Positions 45,043 to 55,685 of a DNA stretch of 64,000 nucleotides are shown here, one piece after another. The stretch covers positions 576,001 through 640,000 of the forward strand of contig CAWGMQ010000007.1 in NCBI GenBank assembly GCA_963823665.1, written 5' to 3'. How positions within the stretch are numbered: position 1 is the first letter of the stretch; the number at the start of each line of letters is the position of its first letter. The translations under genes and the position numbers were made by a program. The stretch comes from an uncultured Planctomycetota bacterium (GTDB taxonomy: Bacteria; Planctomycetota; Planctomycetia; Isosphaerales; Isosphaeraceae). Under the pieces are notes generated by a model. It saw only the letters and a program-made list of their open reading frames with translations, ran no database searches and was not told where the DNA came from.

Positions 45043-47105
45043 TCACGGCCCCCGCACATCATGCGGCGGCATCGCTTCCCCCGATGTCGACGAAGTGGCC
45101 CCAGCATCCGGCACCCCCGCGTCCAACCGCGCCCTCTGCTCCCGCTCCCGCGCCTCTTTCTCCGCACGCGACCGAATCCACTCCCGCCGCCTGATCTCCT
45201 TCCACGCGTCCCGCCGCTCGCCTTCCGTCAGCGGTCGTGCTTCCGGCTTGGTCGAATCTCCCGCTCCGCCCGCTTCCGGACCACCCCCCGGAATTGGCTT
45301 CGTTTCCAAAAAAATTGGCTTCGTTTCCGAGTTGTCAAGTCCCGAAGAACCGCCGGAATTCGCCGGAACCTCAATAGTTTCTTCATGTTGTGCTATGCAC
45401 ACGTCATCACAAAAATTGGCTTCGTTCAGCGCTTTTTCAGCGATTTGTACCTCATCGACGCTCCCGGCAACCCCTTCATCGCACCCCCGATCCGCAGCTT
45501 CTGCCAGTTCATCCTGCCTGACTTCACCCACACCACCCGCGTTCAGCTCCGCGTCACAGGTCCCGGCGCCCTCAGATTCAGAGCTCCCCGCTCCAGGACT
45601 CGGCACATCTTCCTCCACCGCAGCCGCAGGCTCGACCTCGCAGTCGCCGCCACCCGCAACGCCGATGTACCTCTCGGGCAGATACCCCCCACACGCAAGA
45701 ACGTCCGATTCCTCAACCACGACCGAATCCCACCCGCGGCGCTTTTCCTTCGAAGTAGCAGGCACACTCCGTGTGCCGTCCGCCGGAGTCTCACGGCCGC
45801 TTTCAACTGCCGCGCCCGAAGTGCCATCCGCGATTGGCCCCCCGCTCCCACACTCACCCGCACCCGCCCCACCCTGCGCGTGTTCGGCGCGGGTCTCACC
45901 ATGTTGGGCGCGGGTCTCCAGACCCCGCCCTCCGCCCGACCGCAGGTCTCCCGCCCCTCCGCCCTCCGCCCTCCGTCCTGCCTTCCGCTCGCCCCCCACG
46001 CTCTCCCTCCACCAAGACGCCGGCCGCCCGTCATAAGGGCTAATATCTTTCCCCGGCACCGGCGGCAATGCCTCCGCATCGCTATCCGCTTTCCTCGCCC
46101 GTTTCTCCCTCCGAACCGCCACGAGTCCCCGCTCCAGCGAGCCCTTGTATTTCACATACTCTCGGCGCAGCGCCACAGCCTTCGGGCTATTCTCGAACGC
46201 CTTGAGCGCCCGTATCCGTACAGCATCCTCCCCGGCATTCTGTTCGTGCTCCGCCGCAAGCGCCCGGATCCGCTCGATCTCGCCCTCCACCATGTCGATC
46301 AAGCTCTGCCTGGCCTTCTCCGGTTCATCTTTGCGTGATAGGTCGCGCCACTTCACCTTGATGGTCTGTATATGGGCCTCGAGCACCGGCTCGCTCATAT
46401 CGCTTTGTAGATCATCAAACGGTTTGCCCACGGGCCGAATCGCGTGACTTGCCGCGAAGACCTCAGCGACCCGCCGGTCTGCGATGCCGTCCACGGGATT
46501 CCGCCCCAGCAGCCGGATCATCCGCAGCCGATCTCCCGCGGCCCAGAAATGCTTCTGCGCGTTCTCCAGCAGTTCTTCCAGCACTCCGAGCATCCAGAAG
46601 CAACCGATCGCGCTCGATTCCAGTTTCCCGACGAGCTTATCGGGCTCGAGCGCGGCGCAGTCTCGCTGCCCCACGACGGTCCCCCCGGTTTCCTGTTGTT
46701 AAAGCGACTCGTGCCATACAACGCCAGCGGAATCCCTCGCGGATCGGAGAACAGCAAGTTCCCCCTGTCGTATGCCTCTTCGATCTCGACGTCCACGGCC
46801 TGATCGATCGCGCTCTGAGCTTGTTCGAAGTACGCGCGCTCCGCACGGTCCATCTCCCCTGCCACGAACAAGTTCGAATGCACCAGAAATTCCTCGGAGT
46901 CGGTCTCAGGCGCATAAGTCCCGGCCCAGCGAAAGAATCGCGATTCATACGCGATACTCTCGTCCCGCCCGAGCTTCTCCTGCTCGGAGCGAATCGTTCG
47001 CTTCCGAGCGTTCATCGCCGAGCGGGCACGCCCGCGCGGCGAAGACGGCCCAGTCGAACGCAAAGCATTCAGCCGATTCGCATTGATTTGTGCGTCAGAG
47101 GCCAT
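45043..47105 (-). CDS. Hypothetical protein of the 'ANRxNAxxSTGP' family; frameshift near 46640, low-complexity REP-containing tail
   Basis: MASDAQINANRLNALRSTGPSSPRGRARSAMNA; continues in ORF 45043..46674; NEANF and ETKPI motifs near the C-terminus. Confidence 0.65.
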
Positions 47106-47612
47106 ATCAGTATACATTCCTATTCAAATAAGCTTGGAAGCCTGGCCCGAAGTCCCGCGACCCCGCGACCGGGTCCTGACGTCAAGCGATCGAATAACGT
47201 TCATCAGAATGTTGACGAGTGGAAAGGCACATCCCGGATGTGGTGAATGGAAGAGATGAGAAAGAACTGCGATTCGAGCCACGGACCAACCAGCATGGTT
47301 GGTTACGCAGGCGAAGGTCAGCTTCGCGACGCGGGCCGGGCCGGCATCACGCCGCACCGCCGGGTAGGGGCCAAGCGACCGAGCCGCCCACAGCGGCGGC
47401 GCTCCCTCCCCACGACGACTGACAACGGCCGACTCGCAATTGATCTCCTATACTATTATGCGCCGATTTGGGCCCGACAAATCTCTAAACCGCACTCTCT
47501 TACGATGGTGTATAAGCGCAACCTCATTCAGCACAAGTGATTGAGATCGGAAGAATTTCACACTGAAATGCCCGTTCAATACGGTTCGAAAAGTCTAGTA
47601 GGGTGGGTGCAA

Positions 47613-49159
47613 CTACCCCTGTGAACATGCAGATTTAATTGTCATAACCTCTTTTGCCGAAAAGGATTGGTAGGTTCGCGCTGGATCAATTCGTCCGGAC
47701 AAGGAGGTCCAATGGTTCTCCCATCCAAACTCGACCCATTCGCGGAGGAGGCAGCTCCGGCGGTCATGGCCCGGATCGCCCTGGATTGGATGATCGAACG
47801 CACTTCGATTGACCCCATTCTTGATGAGGTGTCCGAGGGACAATACACGCGAGAATTTTTGCTCGGTCATTTCGTTCAGGTGATGTGTGATGTCGCCTGC
47901 GGCTTTCGGCGCTCCCCGCGGGAGGCATTCCTGAAGCGCCAACTGCACCTCGTGGCTTCGCTGTCCGCTTTCTACCGCAAGCTGGGTCGGATGGAACCTG
48001 GCGTAGCCGCCGCCATCGTACGAGAGACCGCCAGTCGAGCCCGCGAACTCATCTCCGCTGCTGATTGCCTCCTGCCCGAGCCGATCCCGGGATATACAGC
48101 AAGGATCCTCGACGGCAATATCCTGACAGGGACCGATCATCGCATCAATGAACTGCGCTCGACTCGTTCGGCGGCCCTGCCGGGCATGTCGCTGGCCATT
48201 TACGAGCCGGTCAGTGGCCTGGTGCTCGACCTCATCCTTGAGGAGAACGCCCACACCCAGGAGCGCTCGCTGCTGGATCAGGTGGTCATCGCGCCGGGCC
48301 AGCTCTGGATCATGGATCGTAACTTCTGCGTCCGGAGCTTCGTGTTTCGGATCCTGCGAACCGAAGCGTTCTTCTTGGTCCGCTGGCATTCTTCCACCAT
48401 GCCGTTCCAGGCGATCAAGCCGTTGCGGTCGGTCGGACGCTGCAAGGCCGGCGAGATTCTTGAGCAAGCAATCTGGGTCGATGATCCGGAATGCGAGGGG
48501 CGTCGCTATCGCCTGCGACGGATCGTCTTGAGGTTGGACCAACCCACCCGCGACGGGGAGACCGAGATCATCTTGATAACTAACCTCCCGGACACGGCCT
48601 CGGCGGAGTTGTGCTGCCAGGCCTACTGCGGACGATGGGAAATTGAGAAGCACTTCCAGAAGTTGACCGACCTTCTGCATTGCGAAATCCCCACGCTGGG
48701 ATACCCTCGAGCAGCTCTGTTCGGCTTCTCCATGTCTGTAATTGCCGGAAACGGCTTGGCCGTCTTGAAGGGGAATCTGCGAGCGGTCCACGGCGACGAG
48801 ATGGTCAATGAGGTGTCGAATCACGCCCTGGTCAATGACATCGCCGAGGTTTACCCCGGGATGATGATTGCCGCACCACCGTCGGTTTGGTCGTTTCTGG
48901 ACGGCTGCGTGGCGGGCGAAGTGGCCGGACTGCTCAGCGCCTTGGCCGCCAAGGTGCCCGTGGACCGGATGCTCCGATCGCGACGGGGCCCGAAGAAGCC
49001 CAGGAAGACCAAAAAGACTTCCGGGAGCAGGATTCATCACGTTGCCACCAAGAAGCTCCTGGACAAGTCCCGCGGAGCCCCTGCCGCGGGAACAAAGGGA
49101 TCAAAGCATAGTAGAATCACAGTTTAGCTAATTTCGCATCTGCATGTTCACAGGGGTAG
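47613..49159 (+). mobile_element. Complete IS4-family insertion sequence (1547 bp)
   Basis: Perfect 22-bp TIR CTACCCCTGTGAACATGCAGAT (47613..47634 and 49138..49159); 10-bp target duplication GTGGGTGCAA (47603..47612 and 49160..49169). Confidence 0.93.
47712..49127 (+). CDS. IS4-family DDE transposase, intact
   Basis: ILDGN, WIMDRNF, ILITNL, YCGRWEIEKHF (YREK-like); AGGAGG RBS. Confidence 0.92.
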   Translation: MVLPSKLDPFAEEAAPAVMARIALDWMIERTSIDPILDEVSEGQYTREFLLGHFVQVMCDVACGFRRSPREAFLKRQLHLVASLSAFYRKLGRMEPGVAAAIVRETASRARELISAADCLLPEPIPGYTARILDGNILTGTDHRINELRSTRSAALPGMSLAIYEPVSGLVLDLILEENAHTQERSLLDQVVIAPGQLWIMDRNFCVRSFVFRILRTEAFFLVRWHSSTMPFQAIKPLRSVGRCKAGEILEQAIWVDDPECEGRRYRLRRIVLRLDQPTRDGETEIILITNLPDTASAELCCQAYCGRWEIEKHFQKLTDLLHCEIPTLGYPRAALFGFSMSVIAGNGLAVLKGNLRAVHGDEMVNEVSNHALVNDIAEVYPGMMIAAPPSVWSFLDGCVAGEVAGLLSALAAKVPVDRMLRSRRGPKKPRKTKKTSGSRIHHVATKKLLDKSRGAPAAGTKGSKHSRITV

Positions 49160-49696
49160 GTGGGTGCAACCCTCCGACCGTGATGCGACATCGAGTGGCG
49201 GGTTGCACCGACTCGGCGGAGTGGTGGTCGGGCTTCAGCCTGACGACCCGGCCCGATAGCTCTTCTCATCCGTTGCACTTTCTTGCACTCCATTGCACTA
49301 ATCTCGAAGAATTCTCGTTCCTCCCACTCGCGGTTCTGAGCCCAGGCCAAGGGTTTGCGTCGCACATTCGCAGCCAGCGCCAGCGAAAGCGCCCATCAGC
49401 TCCACAGGACCAACCATGTCACCCCAATGCTCCGCGCGTTATATGTCGTGCTCATTGTTGTGCACATTTGCCAATCGGCCTGAACTGCCCGATTCGAGTA
49501 GCGACCGGCCCAGTGGCGCGAAAGATGGGAAAGCCGTCCAACGCGAGAAGCATTCCGCCCGCCGCGCGTGTTTCTTCTTCGTGACCTTGGTCTTCCTTCT
49601 GTTCAAACTCCCTTCTTCGGCGTATCTGCGGTTCGACGTCCCCCGCCATGTCAAACGGCAGCGTGGCCGCGCTCCGCAAGCTGCAAATAAGCAGAG

Positions 49697-49965
49697 GTGG
49701 ATGGGACAAAATGGGACAAAATGGGACGATTACCCTGAAAAAAGTCTCATTTTGCTCGCTGTCATGAACGCCGGGCGACGGCTGGTTGGAAGGCCCTGAA
49801 GCAGCATATAAATCCTGAGAGGCAAAGAGTATAACGCGACGAGTCCCGCTCCACGATTCCCCGGCCCGACAGGTGAAAACTCACCTTCACCGCGGTCCAG
49901 ACCCGTCCCACGCTCGCGCAGCACAAAACTCGACAGCTTTTCGCCGCGCACCGTTCCCCCTTTCC
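49697..49965 (+). repeat. Dispersed ~265 bp non-coding repeat, copy B
   Basis: Colinear with the reverse complement of 10021..10281; begins with ATGGGACAAA tandem units. Confidence 0.85.
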
Positions 49966-50374
49966 GGCGCAATCCGGCCCAATTTTTCCGACTCCATGCC
50001 ATGGGCCTGGTCAGGCCGAGCTGAGATACTCGAGCAGGTGCTCGAGCAAACGAAGGAGTCATTCTCAGTTCCAGAGACGTGGCTGCCCCTCGCGCCGACT
50101 CCAGTGTCGGCGATCGAGATGCCGCTACATATAATATGCGACGGTTTTCCCGGAATTAGCCATTTCGTCGATTAGAAATCCTGGAATTTTTTTCACGTCG
50201 CAACGGTCATAACGACGAACTCGATAAAAAACCCAAATTTGCGCACGCCGCGGCCAAGAACGAGGAAAATACACTCGACGCGATTCCCGCATCGAGGCTG
50301 CCCGTTCAGTCCGTGAGCCTCTAAGACCGCCGCCACACTGGACGCGCGCATCGAGCTCCCGGTTGGCGAGGACG

Positions 50375-50519
50375 TAGCCCGGCGTGTCACCGCCGGGAGC
50401 AGACCAATGCCACCCAAACAACCCGAGCCCCGCAAGGGGCGACATCGTATAGCCCGGCGTGTCAACGCCGGGGAAACAACCGACGAATCCAAACCACCCG
50501 AGCCCCGAATCGGGCGACA
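50375..50519. repeat. Two 75-bp tandem units of paired hairpins (REP/BIME-like)
   Basis: TAGCCCGGCGTGTCA(C/A)CGCCGGG at 50375 and 50450, each followed by a CCCGAGCCCCG...GGGCGACA hairpin. Confidence 0.8.
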
Positions 50520-50569
50520 CCCGAAACCCTAACGTTTTAACGCCCGCGGAGCTCGCCCCAAAGGGATGT

Positions 50570-50725
50570 GAGCCGATTTCATGGAACGTTTTCTTGGAAC
50601 CGCTTCGCAGCGAGTACCACATTCGGGACACTTCGTGATGGCCATCTGTGCGGAGGCGATCACACCCATCTGCCGTGCCTGGATCTCACGACTAAGTTGT
50701 TGCCGAGCGTCCCATGAGAGGCAGC
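50570..50725 (-). pseudogene. Fragment of an IS accessory zinc-finger ORF (ISKra4/ISLre2-like)
   Basis: QQLSREIQARQM...KCPECGTRCE...RSMKS; family assignment from recall. Confidence 0.4.
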
Positions 50726-50915
50726 AAAAGCTGACGTGCACCCGTTGGCGGCAGCGTGTGGTGGGGCAGAACAGACCTTGCAATGTCTGTTCCTTTCTTT
50801 ACAACCACAATTGGACCTGGTCAAAGAAGGGGTCTCGACGCTGGGGGATCAACGGTGAAACTACTTACGATCAGGCCGAAGATTTCTATCAGGAACCTGA
50901 TGGCTGGCAGTCGCG

Positions 50916-51539
50916 GTGCTTGCCGTGACTTTGGCGTCCATTCGAGGACTCGAGCCGACGTACGAGCCCCCGCTCACGGATAAAACGCACTTCCTGCTCC
51001 AGGTCGCCACCCTCGGGCCGGACGGCCACGTCGCCGAGCTCAACGGACGTCACCTGGAGAATGCATTCCAGCGGATGACAGAGCCGGCCGTGCTTGACGC
51101 CGCCCTGGCCGACGCGTGGCTTTCCTCGCTCCCGCAACTGAAAAAGGCAGCCGACCCTCGGGTGGAACTGCGTCGAATGATCCACCTCCGCTCCGTTCAA
51201 TCGACTGCCGGGCCCGGTGTCATCGCGCTATCCGTGGCGTCGCCAATCCAGCCAATCCGCGCCGCCAGAGTCGTGGCGTACGCCATCGCGTTCGCGGGAC
51301 CTCCCCGCACCAGCGTGGTCCCCAGGGTCTACCGCTGGGGACCGCTGGATCGCCCATGGAACTTGGCCGCCGCGTGCGTGTTCGGCCTGCTGGCGACGCT
51401 CTTCACTCTGATCTGCCCCTTGTGGCAACGCCGCCCGGAATCCTCCGCCGACCGAGCGCCGGGCCGACGCCCGACCTCGAACGAAAATCGGGCCAACCGG
51501 ACGCCTGACGCGGCACGTTCCGCGATTCGGGCCGAATGA
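50916..51539 (+). CDS. Hypothetical membrane protein
   Basis: 207 aa ORF with a C-terminal hydrophobic helix; start uncertain. Confidence 0.45.
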   Translation: MLAVTLASIRGLEPTYEPPLTDKTHFLLQVATLGPDGHVAELNGRHLENAFQRMTEPAVLDAALADAWLSSLPQLKKAADPRVELRRMIHLRSVQSTAGPGVIALSVASPIQPIRAARVVAYAIAFAGPPRTSVVPRVYRWGPLDRPWNLAAACVFGLLATLFTLICPLWQRRPESSADRAPGRRPTSNENRANRTPDAARSAIRAE

Positions 51540-51737
51540 GCTTCGAGCTTCACCAGCGGTAGTCAGCCCATTTCAGCTCAAGGTTTCAATCTCGAGACTT
51601 TGACTCGCGCACCACCGTCAAGCTCCGTCAGCGTCCGCAGCAAGGCGTACTCGAACTCGTAAAGCTCGAGGTCCTATTTCGCCGTCAAGACCCGGGTCGA
51701 GCCCATCGCCATATCCTGAAAACGGTCGGCAGTGACG

Positions 51738-52181
51738 CTATTGGTTGGCATGTTCTTTCAAGTTGAAAAACCCGCGTCCTAAGTTGTCGAATTTGTCGCT
51801 TTTATTGATCGATCCATTGAGGGAATGGCCGAATCCGCGTAGCACTTCCTCTGGGATTTCGCCGTCTGAGTAAGACTTTCCTCGGTACTTACAACCGTTC
51901 TTTAACGCCTGCCTTGCGATGTCCATGTAATGCATACCTTTAGGAACCGGGCGCAGGGCCTCTTCCGCATAGTCCAATTGTTCTCGTCGTCGACGCTCAG
52001 GTTCTTCCGCACGCGATGCGATTCCATTCATCTTCGGCGGGTTACTCGTTAAGAAGTCCAAACCCCCTACAGCCTGCAAACTCAACTTGACGTCGTTGGT
52101 CGATAAGTACGCCGCTGCCTTCTTTAATGCTTCTAACGCGGCAAAAAAATCGATGATCCTTTTGTTCGACGACGATGACAT
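51738..52181 (-). CDS. Hypothetical protein with C-terminal HARE-HTH-like winged helix
   Basis: AEEALR..PKGMHYMDIARQALKNG...SLNGSINKSDKFDNLGRGFFNL; low GC. Confidence 0.55.
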   Translation of the reverse strand: MSSSSNKRIIDFFAALEALKKAAAYLSTNDVKLSLQAVGGLDFLTSNPPKMNGIASRAEEPERRRREQLDYAEEALRPVPKGMHYMDIARQALKNGCKYRGKSYSDGEIPEEVLRGFGHSLNGSINKSDKFDNLGRGFFNLKEHANQ

Positions 52182-53049
52182 GGGGTGCCTCCTCTCCGGA
52201 CGTTAAACGCGCGCTCTCCATACGGTGTGCGCAGGGCTTGGTTCTCGCACTGGCAGCGGCGGACCCGAACCGGGTCCTACCGTTTTGTACGGCGATTGGA
52301 GACTAATCGCGCGCGACGATTTGTCAACCGTTCGACCGATGGTAATCGATGCGCCGCCAGAATCGGTCGAAAGCCGACGTTATCGGTCGAGTACCGCTAG
52401 AATCGGTCGAACGCCGTCACATTCATCGAACCACTTGCGTGGATATGTGTTTGGCACGAATGGCCAGTATGGTTGAAAGCCGAACATCGTGGAACGAACC
52501 AGACGCGAAGAAAGCCACCAGATTGATTTCGTGATGGCTCTTTCATTTGGTGGGTAGATTTTGGTCAAGGAGTTGGTTCGGACCCGTTAGCATCGCCCCT
52601 GGTGACAGCCACCCGTCCGTTCAATACGCGCCGGAAGAAATGGCCGAAGCATTTTCATTGGCGGGATGCCTAACTAATTGGCCACACGGCCGTTGGCCGC
52701 GTCACAGTTGCGGTTCTTCGGATCAATGATCCGTTCCGTGTCGAGTTTCGTGGAACGCTGATCGAGGAAGGTATCTTTCCGCCGGCCTGATGTGCATCAC
52801 GTTTGTGTGGTTGTGTTCGGGGGGTCGATACCCCAGACAAAATCACGTGCCGCCGGTGTCATCACTTCTCCGAACAGTTACGCATCAACCTGGACACCAG
52901 AGTCGTTCGCCCGATCGGAATGGACGACATTGTTGAACCTGAACCATATTGCATCATCAGCAAGCAACTTTTTATCGATAATCTGAACAATTTCACCGTT
53001 ACACGGAACTCTTGTAAGTTCAACTGACCCTCAAGAGCGAGTGGTATCT

Positions 53050-53497
53050 ACGCGAATCGTTTGTAGATAGACAGATACCATTGTGACTGTCCTTTCAGCG
53101 AAAGTAAGACGATACTCGCCGATTCTAAATCCTCATCCTCGTTGCTCAAGAGAAGCCGCGAAACTCGAGAATGCCGTCGACTACCATCTTTCATCGTGAA
53201 TTCGCACGGGCATTGTTCAAGTTTTCGGCTCGAAGCCCTGAGCGAACCGACTGTGTTCAAGCATCAGAACCGTTGATTTCTGCTGTTGCGAAGGCAGGGG
53301 ATCGGGATAGCATCGAACTCCGACCTCGCGCAGCCGCGCCGTCATTTCTTCGGAAAGGCGTGCGCCAGATTGTTCATCTCAAAAATGTCGCACAATCCCT
53401 CCATCGTCGTGGCCCACACGAAGTTCTCTTTCGCTTCGATAATGGATCGAACCCTTTGGGCTTTGCGTGCTGCGTCAGATATGCGTTCGGCAGGCAT
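53050..53497 (-). pseudogene. Frameshifted hypothetical gene directly downstream of 53508..53999
   Basis: GAGGGAG RBS then MPAERISDAARKAQRVRSIIEAKENFVW; continues in another frame as EQSGARLSEEMTARLREVGVRCYPDP. Confidence 0.35.
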
Positions 53498-53507
53498 GTT
53501 AACTCCC

Positions 53508-53999
53508 TCAATGAAACGGAAGTGATTTGATGAAGTCCGAAAGCCGCGCAGCTTCCGCTCCTGTCAGATCCACGGGAAGTGTAATAGCGAGCGGATAGTC
53601 GGGACGAAGCATAAACTGATGAGTTAGCGTTCTGATCCCTCCTTGCTCATTCCCAGCAGGCTCTCTTCTCGCACCAGCGTTGGCAGCGCCAACAGAGGTG
53701 GGTTTGGGTTGTTCGGCCCGGGACTTCGTCTCCGGCTCGGACAGCGTCTTAGGGTCTAAGAGATCGCCGAGTATCCGGAGTCCGCGAGGAGCTTCGAATC
53801 GGGATTTATGGCCGCGACGCCCGGCCGTAAATCTTCCCCAATTCTCCTCTTCAAGTTGTTTCAGAAATTGAATAACTCGTTGACGAACGTTATCGAGATT
53901 GGGCACGTAAGTTAACAATGAATCAACATCAATACTGATTTCCGATTCGCTAAGCTCGGAGAAATGTTTAAGAACGGCCTGAGCAATCGGATCTCTCAT
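53508..53999 (-). CDS. Hypothetical putative DNA-binding protein
   Basis: VIQFLKQLEEENWGRFTAGRRGHKSRF (winged-helix-like); C-terminal HQFMLRPD...LPVDLT..EAARLSDFIKSLP. Confidence 0.6.
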   Translation of the reverse strand: MRDPIAQAVLKHFSELSESEISIDVDSLLTYVPNLDNVRQRVIQFLKQLEEENWGRFTAGRRGHKSRFEAPRGLRILGDLLDPKTLSEPETKSRAEQPKPTSVGAANAGARREPAGNEQGGIRTLTHQFMLRPDYPLAITLPVDLTGAEAARLSDFIKSLPFH

Positions 54000-54297
54000 A
54001 TAGGTTCTCCGTATTTTCTTATATGAAGTGGTGAATGCGGCTTTCCTTGTCAATAAAGTTGCCTCAGGTATTATTGATCCAGAAGTTAAGAATGAATCAG
54101 GGCGCCCCCAATTGGTGACCACGGGATTCCAGACACCCATCCTTTTGTCACGGTCCCCCGGGTTCCATTCATTCGCGGCTCGTGCGTTCGGTGCAAAACT
54201 ACGCCTATGGTCATTTCGAACACGCATAAGACGAGGGCTTGCGAAGCATCCCCGATAGGGATAAACTAGGCTGATAATCTAGTTAGGAGATCACGAA

Positions 54298-54543
54298 ATG
54301 GAATCCGTCGGGACGTTCGAAGCCAAGACCCACCTGACTCGCCTGCTTGAGCGCGTCGCGCGGGGGGAGCGGATTGTCATCACCAACCGTGGGAAGCCGG
54401 TGGCGATGCTCGTCCCGCCAGAGGCAACCGGGCGGGCCGACGCGGGGGAGGTCGGCCGCGCGATGCTCGCCTACCGCGACCGCGCCGGACGGCGGCTCGG
54501 CGGGACGTTCCGGGAGTTGGCACACGAGGGGCACCGGTACTGA
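54298..54543 (+). CDS. Phd/YefM-family antitoxin
   Basis: VGTFEAKTHLTRLLERVARGERIVITNRGKPVAMLVP; AGGAG RBS. Confidence 0.93.
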   Translation: MESVGTFEAKTHLTRLLERVARGERIVITNRGKPVAMLVPPEATGRADAGEVGRAMLAYRDRAGRRLGGTFRELAHEGHRY

Positions 54544-54561
54544 CGCGGAGGCGGACGAACG

Positions 54562-54996
54562 ATGAGCACGCCCACCGCCACGGACCGGTTCGTCCTCGAC
54601 GGTTCGGTCACGCTCGCGTGGCTCTTCCACGACGAGCAGGATCCGTACGCCGACGCGATCGTGGCCAGGCTCCCTGACATCGAGATGCACGTGCCCCGGC
54701 TCTGGCATCTAGAGGTCGCCAACGTCCTGGTCGTCGGCGAGCGCCGGGGCCGTTGTACGCAGGCCGACACGACGAGCTGGCTCGGCTTCCTCGCCGGGTT
54801 GCCCGTCCTGGTCGACGCAGCGACGGAGGCACAGGCGTGGTCGGTCACGATCAACCTGGCCCGACAGCATGGCCTGACGGAATACGACGCCGCTTACCTG
54901 GAGCTCGCCTTGCGACGGGGGTTGCCCCTGGCGACCCTCGACGCCAAGCTCGAGGCAGTGGCGACGGCTGCCGGGGTGGCGCGCTACCAGCCATGA
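54562..54996 (+). CDS. vapC: VapC PIN-domain toxin
   Basis: FVLDGSVTLAW, LEVANVL, LTEYDAAYLELA, LATLD. Confidence 0.92.
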   Translation: MSTPTATDRFVLDGSVTLAWLFHDEQDPYADAIVARLPDIEMHVPRLWHLEVANVLVVGERRGRCTQADTTSWLGFLAGLPVLVDAATEAQAWSVTINLARQHGLTEYDAAYLELALRRGLPLATLDAKLEAVATAAGVARYQP

Positions 54997-55069
54997 AAGG
55001 GAAAAGGTGCCAGAAAGGGAAAAGGAAAGGGAAAAGGTGCCAGGAACCAATTCGCCCGGACGAGAACGG
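54997..55069 (+). repeat. Tandem GGAAAAGGTGCCAG repeats plus the 5' stub of the module at 61330 and 62549
   Basis: GGAAAAGGTGCCAGGAACCAATTCGCCCGGACGA is shared exactly with the 62570 region. Confidence 0.85.
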
Positions 55070-55555
55070 AGGGTGTCCCGCGTGTAGTTGAAATGTAGAG
55101 CGGCTCCCCCGGACATTTTCACGCGACGCCGGTTCGGTATCCAGTCCCTTGTTCTCGGACCGAGGACGCCAGGCTCTTCATGAGAGTCCGTATCCCGCGA
55201 TGGCTCTTCAGTCACCGGTGGTGGGATTGCACCCCCTAAGTTCATCGGACGGCATGATAAGCGAGATCCGACTCAGGTTCCCTTGCCGGAGCCATGGCGC
55301 ACGGAGGGGTTTCATGGGGCGACTGCGGCCACTCCGGGGTCGCCATCACGCACCAACCGTGACTCAGGCTCTTCGCAGCCTGAATCGTCGCCCCCGGACC
55401 CGCCTGCAACCAGCGGGGCGGGGTTCTCGCCGACCGGACATCTGCGGACGTTGCAGTCCTTAACGCCGACGGGAAAGGTTCTGGCAGCGGCGTTCCGTGA
55501 TCTTACCACACACGGCTGAAACTATCTCCCGAACAGAGAAGAATCCCAAGGATAC

Positions 55556-55605
55556 GACGTACGACGGGGACATCCCTTGCGACGTACGACAGGGACATCC
55601 CTTGA
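55556..55605. repeat. 25-bp tandem duplication
   Basis: GACGTACGAC(G/A)GGGACATCCCTTG twice. Confidence 0.85.
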
Positions 55606-55685
55606 CATACAAGCAGAATGGAAAAGGTGGGGAAGGGCGCCATTCAGAGACCAAGGCACCGCAAGCAACTACGGAGTAGCAGTTT

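Noticed and set aside
47613..49040. 475-aa minus-strand ORF inside the IS4
   Set aside because: Antisense to the transposase; no motifs
50375..50519. CRISPR mini-array
   Set aside because: Only two units, the linkers resemble each other, and there are no cas genes
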